From positions 1 to 64,000 of the forward strand of contig JBFMAF010000040.1 of assembly GCA_040755995.1 (NCBI GenBank): 64,000 bases of DNA, in the 5' to 3' direction. The translations under genes were made by a program, and so were the position numbers. Shown one piece after another: positions 20,101 to 28,154 of the stretch. Numbering within the stretch: position 1 is the first letter of the stretch; each line of letters starts with the position of its first letter. Source of the stretch: Acidobacteriota bacterium (GTDB lineage: Bacteria; Acidobacteriota; CAIWXX01). The notes beneath the pieces are model-generated. The model was not told where the DNA came from. It ran no database searches and saw only the letters and a list, made by a program, of their open reading frames with translations.

Positions 20101-20814
20101 GAAACTCGGTCGGAGCCTGGCGACATCGGCCAGGCGGATTCGCCGGCCCTGATCATCGATCCATTCCAAGCGGTCAAGATCGGGTGGAGCGCCTGAGCTG
20201 ACGCGGATCCGGCGCCGCTCGAATTCGAACGGACCGGAGGCAGCACTTCTCGCTCCGGCGATGAGCGATTGGACGTCAGTGACAGTACGCCCCGCAGCCG
20301 CCAGGCGGAGCGGATCGAGAGTAACCCAAAGAACCTGCCTTGGCGCCGGCGCGATTTCGATTCGTTCGACCCCATCGGTCGAGAGCACCGCCGGACTCAG
20401 GACTCGCTCCGTCCAGAGCGCGGCGGCGTCCCAATCTTTCGCCGGGACAAGGACGAGGAAGCAGGGCAATGCCGGCTTCTGCTCTGCCGGCATCCTCACG
20501 ACCGCACCTGGGAACGAGAGCGATGCCCACTGCAACACTTCAGTCGCGACGCTGGCCTCGTCGCCGCTGATTTCGATCCGTTGACTCCCGTCCGAGAAGC
20601 TCCATCGCAGTCTGCACTGTGGATAGCTGGCTCGGATGCGGCTCTCCTGCTTCACCCATGCCCGCTCCACGTCGCTCGCAGGCGCGTCGCATCCGTCGAT
20701 CGTAACCTGCACCCCGGCACCGGCAGCGGGGCAGAGCGACAGCGGCAGCCTGTTCCAGGCAAACACCCAGAAGAGAATGCCAGCGAAGCCCAGCCCGGCC
20801 CACCAGCGCTTCAC
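17104..20814 (-). CDS. Fusion of a divergent AcrB-like RND permease with a C-terminal ABC ATPase
   Basis: RND-like motifs (DGVERIE..VTLDPLRLAAAGRTVTDV, IRLADVA, KTDAN, SPSALERRDG) are in frame with GLLGPNGAGKTT, LSGGY, LLILDEPT and ATH. The GTG start overlaps the MFP stop. Confidence 0.8.
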   Translation of the reverse strand: MKRWWAGLGFAGILFWVFAWNRLPLSLCPAAGAGVQVTIDGCDAPASDVERAWVKQESRIRASYPQCRLRWSFSDGSQRIEISGDEASVATEVLQWASLSFPGAVVRMPAEQKPALPCFLVLVPAKDWDAAALWTERVLSPAVLSTDGVERIEIAPAPRQVLWVTLDPLRLAAAGRTVTDVQSLIAGARSAASGPFEFERRRIRVSSGAPPDLDRLEWIDDQGRRIRLADVARLRPSFDTGLPGTFIDGVPHISMKVFTKTDANQRAVFRSIQERTPGGENLIFDARADPHRFLARLLLIVALLLGLTSVLLLLAGAHAAAVLRLDCAIVCASSLWPLLAAATQRSLSMEALCGWGLGLATAFASLVQSACSRRSADAAEFAKRVAVLAAVAGLVIALASLLLDAPAIVPWEAAQAWLVTVGGTVVLALLMRPPTDSIEAAGWSPAGRLTRTALRARHAFLRRLALATSIVLVYGVAGFFTVFKDLGRRGEALGRRGDLVYVEMSCDDGSVNDVAMRLRASGLVASFRMDRERDRWFLTSRIGTGTAESAAKKIIQSIETVPRVSRVRQVDQLPPREGEFLTRSQPILHEEPANDETLWLEAEHPDRAYLQTQCRALAPLIRPLRGVVEVDYAGAHVEPGWVMERRAHATDAQVDQALAILAVAQPRGMEAGEVLWRGHRFNCRLALNDDGESAPRLTSILDSPLPLSGKSSSGSTALAVGDVVEPQLVESPSALERRDGKAFERITVTLRPGTTPLQRDLAAQDLANLPGLGLLIRVTTRGAFLSGVQVVFVCLLAATVFATALAAALGGAGNSRILSLAAGVTVVMLGSCAAIELSGTVREWGSQATLLLVSSVLLFLAANAGAAARHPARRTGVELAVLGLLAPLSLCVSGLPLELAGLLWVPAAALMLGEIWSLLSPELLLRRLPTTRGAQADFQPGPPALVIRNVTHRYGNQSGVIALDRVSLRVEPGVFGLLGPNGAGKTTLLRILAGDLKPARGAAILGARDILRSAERGTVDIVPQNSGGYAALTVREYLEYMGRLSGFARVDEALQEAGLADQAGKVIRDLSGGYAKRVDIARALLCNPELLILDEPTSGLDPEVRIPFRRLIAGLGRDRIVLFATHLVEDVEAICSRLAILHRGRVLYDGDIADCLKRLEGKVFVGEVEVEQMERLCVEGCQFVSRSKLEGRWAVRVVGEMRPPIGSFRADPPRLEDAFVAMIGEQRISMLSWELP

Positions 20815-21848
20815 GGCTGGGCCGTCTCGATCTTTACAAAAGTGCCGGGGGCGAGCCGGTCGAGGGCGCTGCGGGCGACCGCGTCGCCGGGGGACAGGCC
20901 GGATAGAATCGCGACCCACTGCGAGGTTTCCTCGCCCAGCGCGACCGGCTGCAGCACGACCGATCCGTACTTGCTGAAGAAGCTGCGGCGTTTGATGAGG
21001 AAGACGTGCGGTTGGCGGTTCACGTAAATCACGCAATCCGGCGGCACGCACACGGAAGGCGAGGCCGTGGACTTCTCGGCGCTGAGAACGGCGCGGGCAC
21101 CCGGAGCGAGTCCGGCTGGCGGGAGGAATGTGGCCATCACTTTGAAGCGGCCCGGAATGGTCTCGTCCGGCGTGGCCCGGCCGAGCGCCGCAGGGATGGG
21201 CGGTGCGTGGCCAACTGCAGTCAGATTCCATCGCTCGCAGTTCTCCATTCGCCGCCACTCCTCGGACTCGCAGTATCCTTCGAACTTCCAGCGATCCACC
21301 TGCGCGAGCCGGCAGAGCGGATCACCCTCGCGGACCTCGCCGCCGTCCGCCACATCCGTCCGCCACACGATTTCGCCGTCCACGGGCATGCGCACGCACG
21401 CGCGCGCGAGCTGAATCTCCACAAGCCGCAGCTCGGCCTGCGCCTCGGCCAGTCGCGCCTCGTACTCCCGCAGATCGCGGATCGAGATGAGACCGAACGA
21501 CTGCGCCTCGCGTTGCTGCTTCAGTCGATCCTCTGCGAATGCGAGCCGCTGTTTCATGGCCTCGCGGCGGGCCTCCAGCTCGGGCGAGCGAATCGTGGCG
21601 ACGCATTCGCCCTTCCGAAACCCGCGCCCCGGGTGCTCCCAGTGCACGGACCCGCTCAGCGGCGTGCGGAGCTCGGTTTCGTGCTCCGGGAGCACGGCAC
21701 CGCTGACCTCGAAGGTCAGAATGTTCGCGCCGGGTTTGATTTCAAATACCGTCACTCTGACCGCGTTGGCGAGGAATCGCTCCGGTGGTTGTCCGCAGCC
21801 GCTCAGGAGCCATGACAGCACTAGAACAGGCCAGAGAGCCCTTCTCAC
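20811..21848 (-). CDS. Efflux RND periplasmic adaptor (membrane fusion protein), lipoprotein
   Basis: Lipobox LSGC; alpha-hairpin; VRMPVDGEI..V..G..VREGDPL; ILSGLSPGDAV. Confidence 0.88.
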   Translation of the reverse strand: MRRALWPVLVLSWLLSGCGQPPERFLANAVRVTVFEIKPGANILTFEVSGAVLPEHETELRTPLSGSVHWEHPGRGFRKGECVATIRSPELEARREAMKQRLAFAEDRLKQQREAQSFGLISIRDLREYEARLAEAQAELRLVEIQLARACVRMPVDGEIVWRTDVADGGEVREGDPLCRLAQVDRWKFEGYCESEEWRRMENCERWNLTAVGHAPPIPAALGRATPDETIPGRFKVMATFLPPAGLAPGARAVLSAEKSTASPSVCVPPDCVIYVNRQPHVFLIKRRSFFSKYGSVVLQPVALGEETSQWVAILSGLSPGDAVARSALDRLAPGTFVKIETAQP

Positions 21849-22546
21849 TACTCACCTCCAACCAGGCGCTGCCGCCGCAACGAGGTTCCGGCGAACAGCA
21901 GGAGTGTCACAGCGACGAGGATCAGTGCGGATTCTCTGAGGAGTCTGTCGAGGCCCTGACGATCGGCCTCACCGCCCAGCACATCTCCCATGACCGGTAC
22001 CATGAGCGACACGCCCGCGAGCAGCGCGGCCGACTCCGTCCGAAATCGGACGCCGGTCAGGAAGCCGGCGGAGATGGAGAGGATGAGTGGGGAGGCTAGT
22101 CGCGCGAGCATCTCCTGCGTACTCACCGGAACGACGATCCACGTGACGAGCTGATTGGTGCTCAGGGCGCCCAACATGGAGAAGACCGCTACCAGGAGCA
22201 GGCGCCTGACGTAGACCGCAATCGGATTAGCCAGTCTGGATATGGCTGCGCGCACGCCGCATTGCGCGTCGCCGAGCGCCACCTCGGCGGCCATCACCAT
22301 GCCGACCAGCGCCCAGGGAACGATGTTGGCGAACCGGTAGACCGTCTCGACGTAGCCTTCCCCGTAGTCCTCGACGCTCCAGATGAACACGCACAGGTAC
22401 ACCTCCGCGACGACCAGTAGCAGAACGACGCGGGCTCGAAAGAGAAGCTTGAGCTCGGTCTCTATCAGTCGAAGCGTGGTTCGGAGCCATGGCCACGCGG
22501 GGAGTCTTGCGCGCCTGTCCGGCGCGGGCTGTGCATCGTTGCCCAT
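21848..22546 (-). CDS. Putative ABC permease-like membrane protein
   Basis: LIETELKLLFR followed by about six TM segments. The stop overlaps the MFP start. The start codon is uncertain. Confidence 0.6.
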   Translation of the reverse strand: MGNDAQPAPDRRARLPAWPWLRTTLRLIETELKLLFRARVVLLLVVAEVYLCVFIWSVEDYGEGYVETVYRFANIVPWALVGMVMAAEVALGDAQCGVRAAISRLANPIAVYVRRLLLVAVFSMLGALSTNQLVTWIVVPVSTQEMLARLASPLILSISAGFLTGVRFRTESAALLAGVSLMVPVMGDVLGGEADRQGLDRLLRESALILVAVTLLLFAGTSLRRQRLVGGE

Positions 22547-22553
22547 CCTTGTT

Positions 22554-22766
22554 CTAACATACCTCCGGACTGCGAGTTTCATTCCGCGCGCCGCCGGGCG
22601 CAAGCTTGTAGCCCAATGCGGCGTAATACGTGTTGTCATTGCTGCAATCGTCGATCACAATGATCTCTTCGGCTTTCTCCATCACCTCCGATGGAATGCG
22701 CCGGAGGGTGTCCTCAAGGGTGGTGACCGCATCATATGCGACAACAAGTATGGCGATTCGCTTCAT
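22554..22766 (-). pseudogene. Glycosyltransferase family 2, N-terminal remnant
   Basis: IAILVVAYDA..TL..TL.RIP...IIVIDDCSNDNT is a GT2 N-terminus. Similarity ends after about 54 aa. Confidence 0.8.
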
Positions 22767-24655
22767 CGGCTCATCTGCGCACGCAATGTCGCGCTGGAGC
22801 CGCCCGCCTGCGAACCTGAACCAGGCTCTGACGACATTGAGGGCCCCGCCGATCTGCCGCCATGGGACCAGCGACTGTCCAGACCGGTGGCCGGGATGGA
22901 AGCGCCATGCAGAACCTCGCGTATTTCAAGGCCGCGGTTGTGCCACAGAATGCGCGTCCCGGTCTCGAGGAAATATTCCCAGGCAGCCGCGTCCGATTGA
23001 TTCTCCCATCGGAGCACGCGGTACCCCGGGCCATTCAATCGTCTCACCTCATTCCAGTTGATGAACAGATGACTGTACCCCTCCCTCGCGATTCGATCGC
23101 CGATCTCCTCGGCGCTCCGGGCTTCCTCCACGATCTCCTGCGCATACTGCATGTCGTAGGCCGAGCTCACCTGATGGGGTCGTGGGCATCCCCAGGGCCT
23201 GCCTTCACCCACGATGAGAAGCCTCGCGCTGAGCGGCAGCAGAGTGCTGCATCGATCATAGCCCGGCAGTGGATCGCTTATCGTGACGCGGTGTCTCCAC
23301 TCCTGCGCTGAGATCCGGCCCGACCAGAGCTCATGTATCCCGAGCACCCCGAGCATGAAGGCGAGTAGCTGGTACAGGCCCAACAGCACACCGCATGCCA
23401 GGGCGACACCGGCGGCCTTTGCCAGCCTCCGCGAAAGACGCGCCGTTCCGGCCGACGCCAGGGCCGCCCACAATGCCGCCATCGGCATCGCGTAGCGGAC
23501 GGTGTGCGAGGTCGCCAGCCAGCCGGCGAGCAACATGACCAACACCAGACCTGTCATCCGTGTCCGCCAACTGCTCGCTCCTCTCGCTCCCAGTGCCCCG
23601 AGGACGGCCAGTGGGGCTGCGAGCAAGACCCATACGCCGAGCCCGCCCTCGCCCGAGGCAAGGTACGCGAGGGAGTCTACGAGTCCGGAGAGGCTGCGTG
23701 ATCCTTCGTGGACAAGGGCTCCGAATCGATCCGCGTCACGCATCGTCCAACCTGCCGTGTCTATCACACTCCTCAGGAGCGGGAAGACCGGGTTCCCTGT
23801 TTGGAGGAGATTCCGAACCAGCCAGAATGAGGGAACCGCCACCGCCACCACGCCCGCGGCGATGACAACCCGCGCTCTGGACCGATGGTAGATGAAAGCG
23901 GCCGCGCCGATCGCAAGTGCCGGGAGAGCGGCCTGGTACTTGGTAGCGAGAGCCAATCCGAGGGGCAACCCAAGTCGCCAGGGTGACAGACCGCCGTCTT
24001 CCGTCAGGTGGTGGAAGGCGGCCAGGACTCCGAGCAGCATCAAGTGGTCGACTGAGCCGACAGTGGCCAACCATGTCGCGTGCCAACAACCGATAAGCAG
24101 AGCCGGCGCGAGTGGGCTCCAACCGCCTCCCCCGAGATTACGGGCAATGGCTACGAGGGTCCCGAGGCAGATCACGAACATCGCCCAGTGCAGACCGGCG
24201 GCCGACTCGGGATGTGCCATCACCACAGGGATCATGTAAACAGTCTGACCAGCCAGCGGGAAGCGGCTCATGACGAAATGGTCCATGGGAGCATAGCTCC
24301 CGTTCATGAGCCAGCTCCATGGCAACCCGATGTGATATACGAGCGAGTCGTAGAAGTACGGTGGAGCCAGCCACGCCCAGGCCGCAGAAAGCGTTGCGGC
24401 ACAGTAACAGGCTGCGGTCTTCCAATGGAAACGGACCAGCCTGGCGGCCTTGACTGCGCCTGCGGTGAGGAGCAAGAGTCCAACGCACACAGCGGCGAAC
24501 GGCGAAACGATGGAAGCCGTCAGGGCCATGGGCCAGCACAGCAGACACCACCCACGTACCCACCGATCGCAGGCGGATGTGCCGCCCGCCAGGCTCCCCA
24601 TGCCCACAATTCCGGCGGCAATGCAGCCTGTCAATAGGACTGCGATCACCTCCAC
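22763..24655 (-). CDS. Polytopic membrane protein, putative GT-C-fold glycosyltransferase-like
   Basis: Many TM segments; YDSLVYH..LP, LATKY and TGNPVFP motifs; coupled to the GT2 remnant. Confidence 0.65.
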   Translation of the reverse strand: MEVIAVLLTGCIAAGIVGMGSLAGGTSACDRWVRGWCLLCWPMALTASIVSPFAAVCVGLLLLTAGAVKAARLVRFHWKTAACYCAATLSAAWAWLAPPYFYDSLVYHIGLPWSWLMNGSYAPMDHFVMSRFPLAGQTVYMIPVVMAHPESAAGLHWAMFVICLGTLVAIARNLGGGGWSPLAPALLIGCWHATWLATVGSVDHLMLLGVLAAFHHLTEDGGLSPWRLGLPLGLALATKYQAALPALAIGAAAFIYHRSRARVVIAAGVVAVAVPSFWLVRNLLQTGNPVFPLLRSVIDTAGWTMRDADRFGALVHEGSRSLSGLVDSLAYLASGEGGLGVWVLLAAPLAVLGALGARGASSWRTRMTGLVLVMLLAGWLATSHTVRYAMPMAALWAALASAGTARLSRRLAKAAGVALACGVLLGLYQLLAFMLGVLGIHELWSGRISAQEWRHRVTISDPLPGYDRCSTLLPLSARLLIVGEGRPWGCPRPHQVSSAYDMQYAQEIVEEARSAEEIGDRIAREGYSHLFINWNEVRRLNGPGYRVLRWENQSDAAAWEYFLETGTRILWHNRGLEIREVLHGASIPATGLDSRWSHGGRSAGPSMSSEPGSGSQAGGSSATLRAQMSR

Positions 24656-24806
24656 CGCTCCTCATCCGGGCCGGCTGACCGTTTCATTGCCGTCTCGTCT
24701 GCCATGGGCGTGATCCTATGAGAAAAGCAGCAGCCGCGCCAGTGTCTTACGGAGCGCGAGTCCCGATGCGGCCGTGTGCTTTGGAAGGCAACGCCTGGCC
24801 GATTGC

Positions 24807-24992
24807 CTACGTCGTGGCCCGGCACAGGATGGCAGGCTTCGCATTCAGGGTTGGGACCAGCCCGCTGAGCCACAGCGCATCCACTCCGATGTCAGCAGAC
24901 GTTTGCGGCTTGCGGTCGTTGAGGGAGTCGAGCTTTGTGACGAGTATCGCCAAAGCAATCAGACACGGCAGCAACCCGGTGCCTCGCGTCAT
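24807..24992 (-). pseudogene. GH13 alpha-amylase-like remnant
   Basis: AGGAGG RBS and a signal-like start, then TKLDSLNDRKPQTSADIGVDALWL, resembling the GH13 KLDYLND...DLGVDALWL segment. Confidence 0.6.
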
Positions 24993-25015
24993 CGGCCTCC
25001 TTCCCGCAGCGCTGT

Positions 25016-25040
25016 TGTGGACTCATGACGCGCTGTGTAG
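25016..25040. repeat. Dispersed repeat copy, 24/25 identical to the reverse complement of 47097-47121
   Basis: TGTGGACTCATGACGCGCTGTGTAG here versus TGTGGACTCATGACGCGCTGTATAG. Confidence 0.75.
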
Positions 25041-25054
25041 AATCCGGGATGCGC

Positions 25055-27952
25055 ATGGGATTCGCGGAAGAGATCGTGCTGCTGGTGCTGGACGCGGACA
25101 CCGGTTTCATTCGGCCTCTCCCCGCCGGCACTCTCGAATGCGCGATAGCAGGGGCCGTCCTCTTCGATCTGGCGTTCGCACGGCGGATCGATAGCGACCT
25201 GCGCGATGTCTTTGTATTGATCTCCGGACCGACCGGCAGCCCGCCGCTCGACAGAGCCCTCACGCCGCTCCTCGCTTATGGCCGCACACTGGCGATCCGT
25301 GATGCACTCGCGATCGTCGCGATGGTGGCGCCGGATATCCTCGACGAGCTCCTCGACAAGCTCGTACGCGACGGAGTCCTCAGTCGCCGCCACGGCTGGC
25401 GCCCGGCCGATTGGAGCCGCGCGCTGGACGCCCGCAGGCGAATCAGGTCGGCCATACTGGGCGACGAAGTGCCGGACCCGCGCGATGCCGCGCTGGTCAG
25501 CCTGGTCGATGCTTCTGGACTCATGTGGCGGCTGTTCACAACGGACGAGCTGTCTGGCCGCGAGGAACGTGTCCGCCTGCTGGCCGGCATCGAACCGATC
25601 GGGAGATGGATCGCCGAGGCGATCCGCTCACTCGACCGGCCATCGATAGAAGAGACTGGCAAAGCGATACTCGGCCTGCAGCATGATGCTCCCGTACAGC
25701 ATGCAGGAGGCGCCCGCGCGGTGGTCTCCGCGATGAACCACATCCTGGTCGATATGGGAATCGCCAAAGGCATGCTGGCTCTCGGCAAGATCAACCAACG
25801 CGACGGCTTCGACTGCCCCGCATGCGCGTGGCCTGATCCCGATGAGCGGGCTCGCTTCGAGCTTTGCGAGAACGGAGCGAAGTTCATCGGTTCGGAAGCC
25901 ACCACAGAGTTGATCGCCGATGACTTCTTCAGGCGATGGCGGCTGGAAGACCTGATGTTCCAGTCCGACTATTGGCTCGAGCGGCAGGGACGGCTGTCCC
26001 GCCCTATGGTGCGCAGGGATGGATCTCAACATTACGAGCCGATCACATATGAACAAGCGTTCGAGCTTATCGCGCGCGAGCTGAACAAACTCAGCTCGCC
26101 CGACGAAGCGGTTTTCTATGCTGGCGGGCGCACGAGCAATGAGGCCGCGTTCATTTACCAGCTCTTCGCGCGCCTCTTTGGAACCAATAACTTGCCGGGT
26201 AGCGCGAACCTGTGCCACGAGCCGTCTGCCAGTGGACTGGTAGCCAGCCTGGGCTCGGGCAAGGGCACCGTGTCTCTCGATGACATTCATCGAGCGGGGG
26301 CGATCTTCATCTTCGGGCACAACCCGGGCTCGAATCATCCTCGAATGCTCACTGCCTTGCAGCGGGCGGCTCGCGCCGGTTGCCGCATCGTCGCCGTCAA
26401 CCCGCTTCCCGAAGCAGGGTTGCTCCGCTTCGCCAATCCCTACGAAATCCGCGGCCTTTTCGGAGGCAGCACCCAGCTCGCGTCTCTCTTCATTCCCGTC
26501 AGGATCAATGGTGACATGGCGCTGCTCAAAGGGATGATGAAGCGCATCCTGGAGGAAGAGGATCGGCGCCCCGGGAAGGTGCTCGATCACGAATTCATCA
26601 CAACGCACACGTCCGGGTTCCCGGAATTGAAGCGGGCCTTGGACGAGCTGGCGTGGGAGCCGATCGAGGAACAGAGCGGAGTGGGGAGGGAGCTGATCGA
26701 TCAGGCTGCGCGAGTGTACATGGAAGCGGAGAGTGTCGTTGCGAGCTGGTGCCTTGGTATCACCCAACACAGCAACGCAACAGCCACGGTACAGGAGATC
26801 GTGAACCTCTTGCTCCTGCGCGGCAACATCGGAAAGCCCGGCGCAGGCGTCCTGCCGGTGCGCGGGCACAGCAACGTTCAGGGATGCAGGACCATGGGGA
26901 TTGGGGAAAAAATCCCTGACTGGTTCCTCGATGCGCTCGGGCGTGAATTCGCATTCACTCCGCCCCGCGCAGCAGGATTGAATGCGGTCGAGGCCATCCG
27001 GGCCATGCACGACGGAAGGTGCAGGTCGTTCGTGTCGCTCGGCGGCAACGTCGCCGCATCCGGACCGGATAGCGAGCTCACCATACAGGCTCTGGAGCGC
27101 TGCAGGCTCACCGTGATGATCTCGACCAAGCTCAACCGCAGCCATGTTGCAGCGGGACGCTGCGGGATCATACTCCCATGCCTGGGGCGAACTGAGATCG
27201 ATGTCGAGGAATCTGGACAGCAGTTCGTCACAGTGGAGAATGCGATGGGGGAGGTGCATGACTCGCGGGGCTGCCTGCAGCCTGCAGCGCAAGGATTGTA
27301 CAGCGAACCCCGGATCATAGCCGGCATCGCCGCCGCTACGCTTGGCGAGCGTGGGGGCGTGCCGTGGCGCCAGTTCGCTTCAAACTACGACCTGATCCGC
27401 GACTCGATCTCGCGTGTCGTACCCGGGCTCGCGGACTTCAACACGCGCGTGAGGCGCGGCGGCATCCTGATGCCGAATCCCGCACGAGTCCGCCAGTTCA
27501 ACTGCGCTGGTGGGCGCGCCCGGTTCACGGTGCACGACCTCCGTGCGGATCGGCCCGTTCCAGGCCAGTTCCTGTTGATGACCATCCGCAGCCATGATCA
27601 ATTCGACACCATGATATTCGGGCTAAACGATCGATATCGCGGGATTCTGAACAACAGGCGCGTGGTACTGATGAACGTCGACGATATGCAGGAGCATGGA
27701 ATCCGACCGGGCAGTCTCGTCGACATGACCTGTGAAACCGGAGGAAGAGTCAGAACGATGCGCTTCATGCATGCCGTGGGATACCCCATACCGCGCGGAT
27801 GTGCAGCGACTTACTTCCCTGAGGCAAACGCGATCGTGCCGATCGAGGTCACGGATCTGCCGAGCGGCACGCCGGGTTCGAAATCGGTTGTCGTGGCCAT
27901 CAGGCCGTCTGGGCGGCACATCGAACTCGAAATCGGCTGTCGTTACGATTAG
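25055..27952 (+). CDS. GPP34/GOLPH3-like domain fused to a FdhF/YdeP family molybdopterin oxidoreductase
   Basis: N-terminal FAEEIVLLVLD..TG...AGAVLFDLA..RI...PDPRDAALVSL; then GFDCPACAWPDP, CENGAK, NLCHE, PVRGHSNVQG, RSHDQF, YFPEAN. The start is at 25049 or 25055. Confidence 0.85.
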   Translation: MGFAEEIVLLVLDADTGFIRPLPAGTLECAIAGAVLFDLAFARRIDSDLRDVFVLISGPTGSPPLDRALTPLLAYGRTLAIRDALAIVAMVAPDILDELLDKLVRDGVLSRRHGWRPADWSRALDARRRIRSAILGDEVPDPRDAALVSLVDASGLMWRLFTTDELSGREERVRLLAGIEPIGRWIAEAIRSLDRPSIEETGKAILGLQHDAPVQHAGGARAVVSAMNHILVDMGIAKGMLALGKINQRDGFDCPACAWPDPDERARFELCENGAKFIGSEATTELIADDFFRRWRLEDLMFQSDYWLERQGRLSRPMVRRDGSQHYEPITYEQAFELIARELNKLSSPDEAVFYAGGRTSNEAAFIYQLFARLFGTNNLPGSANLCHEPSASGLVASLGSGKGTVSLDDIHRAGAIFIFGHNPGSNHPRMLTALQRAARAGCRIVAVNPLPEAGLLRFANPYEIRGLFGGSTQLASLFIPVRINGDMALLKGMMKRILEEEDRRPGKVLDHEFITTHTSGFPELKRALDELAWEPIEEQSGVGRELIDQAARVYMEAESVVASWCLGITQHSNATATVQEIVNLLLLRGNIGKPGAGVLPVRGHSNVQGCRTMGIGEKIPDWFLDALGREFAFTPPRAAGLNAVEAIRAMHDGRCRSFVSLGGNVAASGPDSELTIQALERCRLTVMISTKLNRSHVAAGRCGIILPCLGRTEIDVEESGQQFVTVENAMGEVHDSRGCLQPAAQGLYSEPRIIAGIAAATLGERGGVPWRQFASNYDLIRDSISRVVPGLADFNTRVRRGGILMPNPARVRQFNCAGGRARFTVHDLRADRPVPGQFLLMTIRSHDQFDTMIFGLNDRYRGILNNRRVVLMNVDDMQEHGIRPGSLVDMTCETGGRVRTMRFMHAVGYPIPRGCAATYFPEANAIVPIEVTDLPSGTPGSKSVVVAIRPSGRHIELEIGCRYD

Positions 27953-28154
27953 GTCGTCTCTCAGAGCCAGCCTGGAATCACACGCAGACGCGGGCTGATG
28001 GTCACAGTCCGTCCCACCCATGATAGTGTGGTAGAGTAGCTGCGCTTTGGGCTGTTCCGGCATTAGAAGGGAGACTTGATGTCGTTTCGTCACCGGGGAG
28101 GCGCTAGAAATCCAAGCCGGCTGCGCCGATCGCCGCTGAGGCACTAGTGGAGGA

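Noticed and set aside
20815..21258. N-terminal extension of the 1384-aa ORF given in the track
   Set aside because: It overlaps the MFP gene in another frame. The coupled GTG at 20814 is the more plausible start.
25628..27292. 554-aa antisense ORF, and similar ones at 16094-17596, 35180-36556 and 14588-15859
   Set aside because: These are shadow frames of well-supported genes in GC-rich DNA and have no recognisable motifs.
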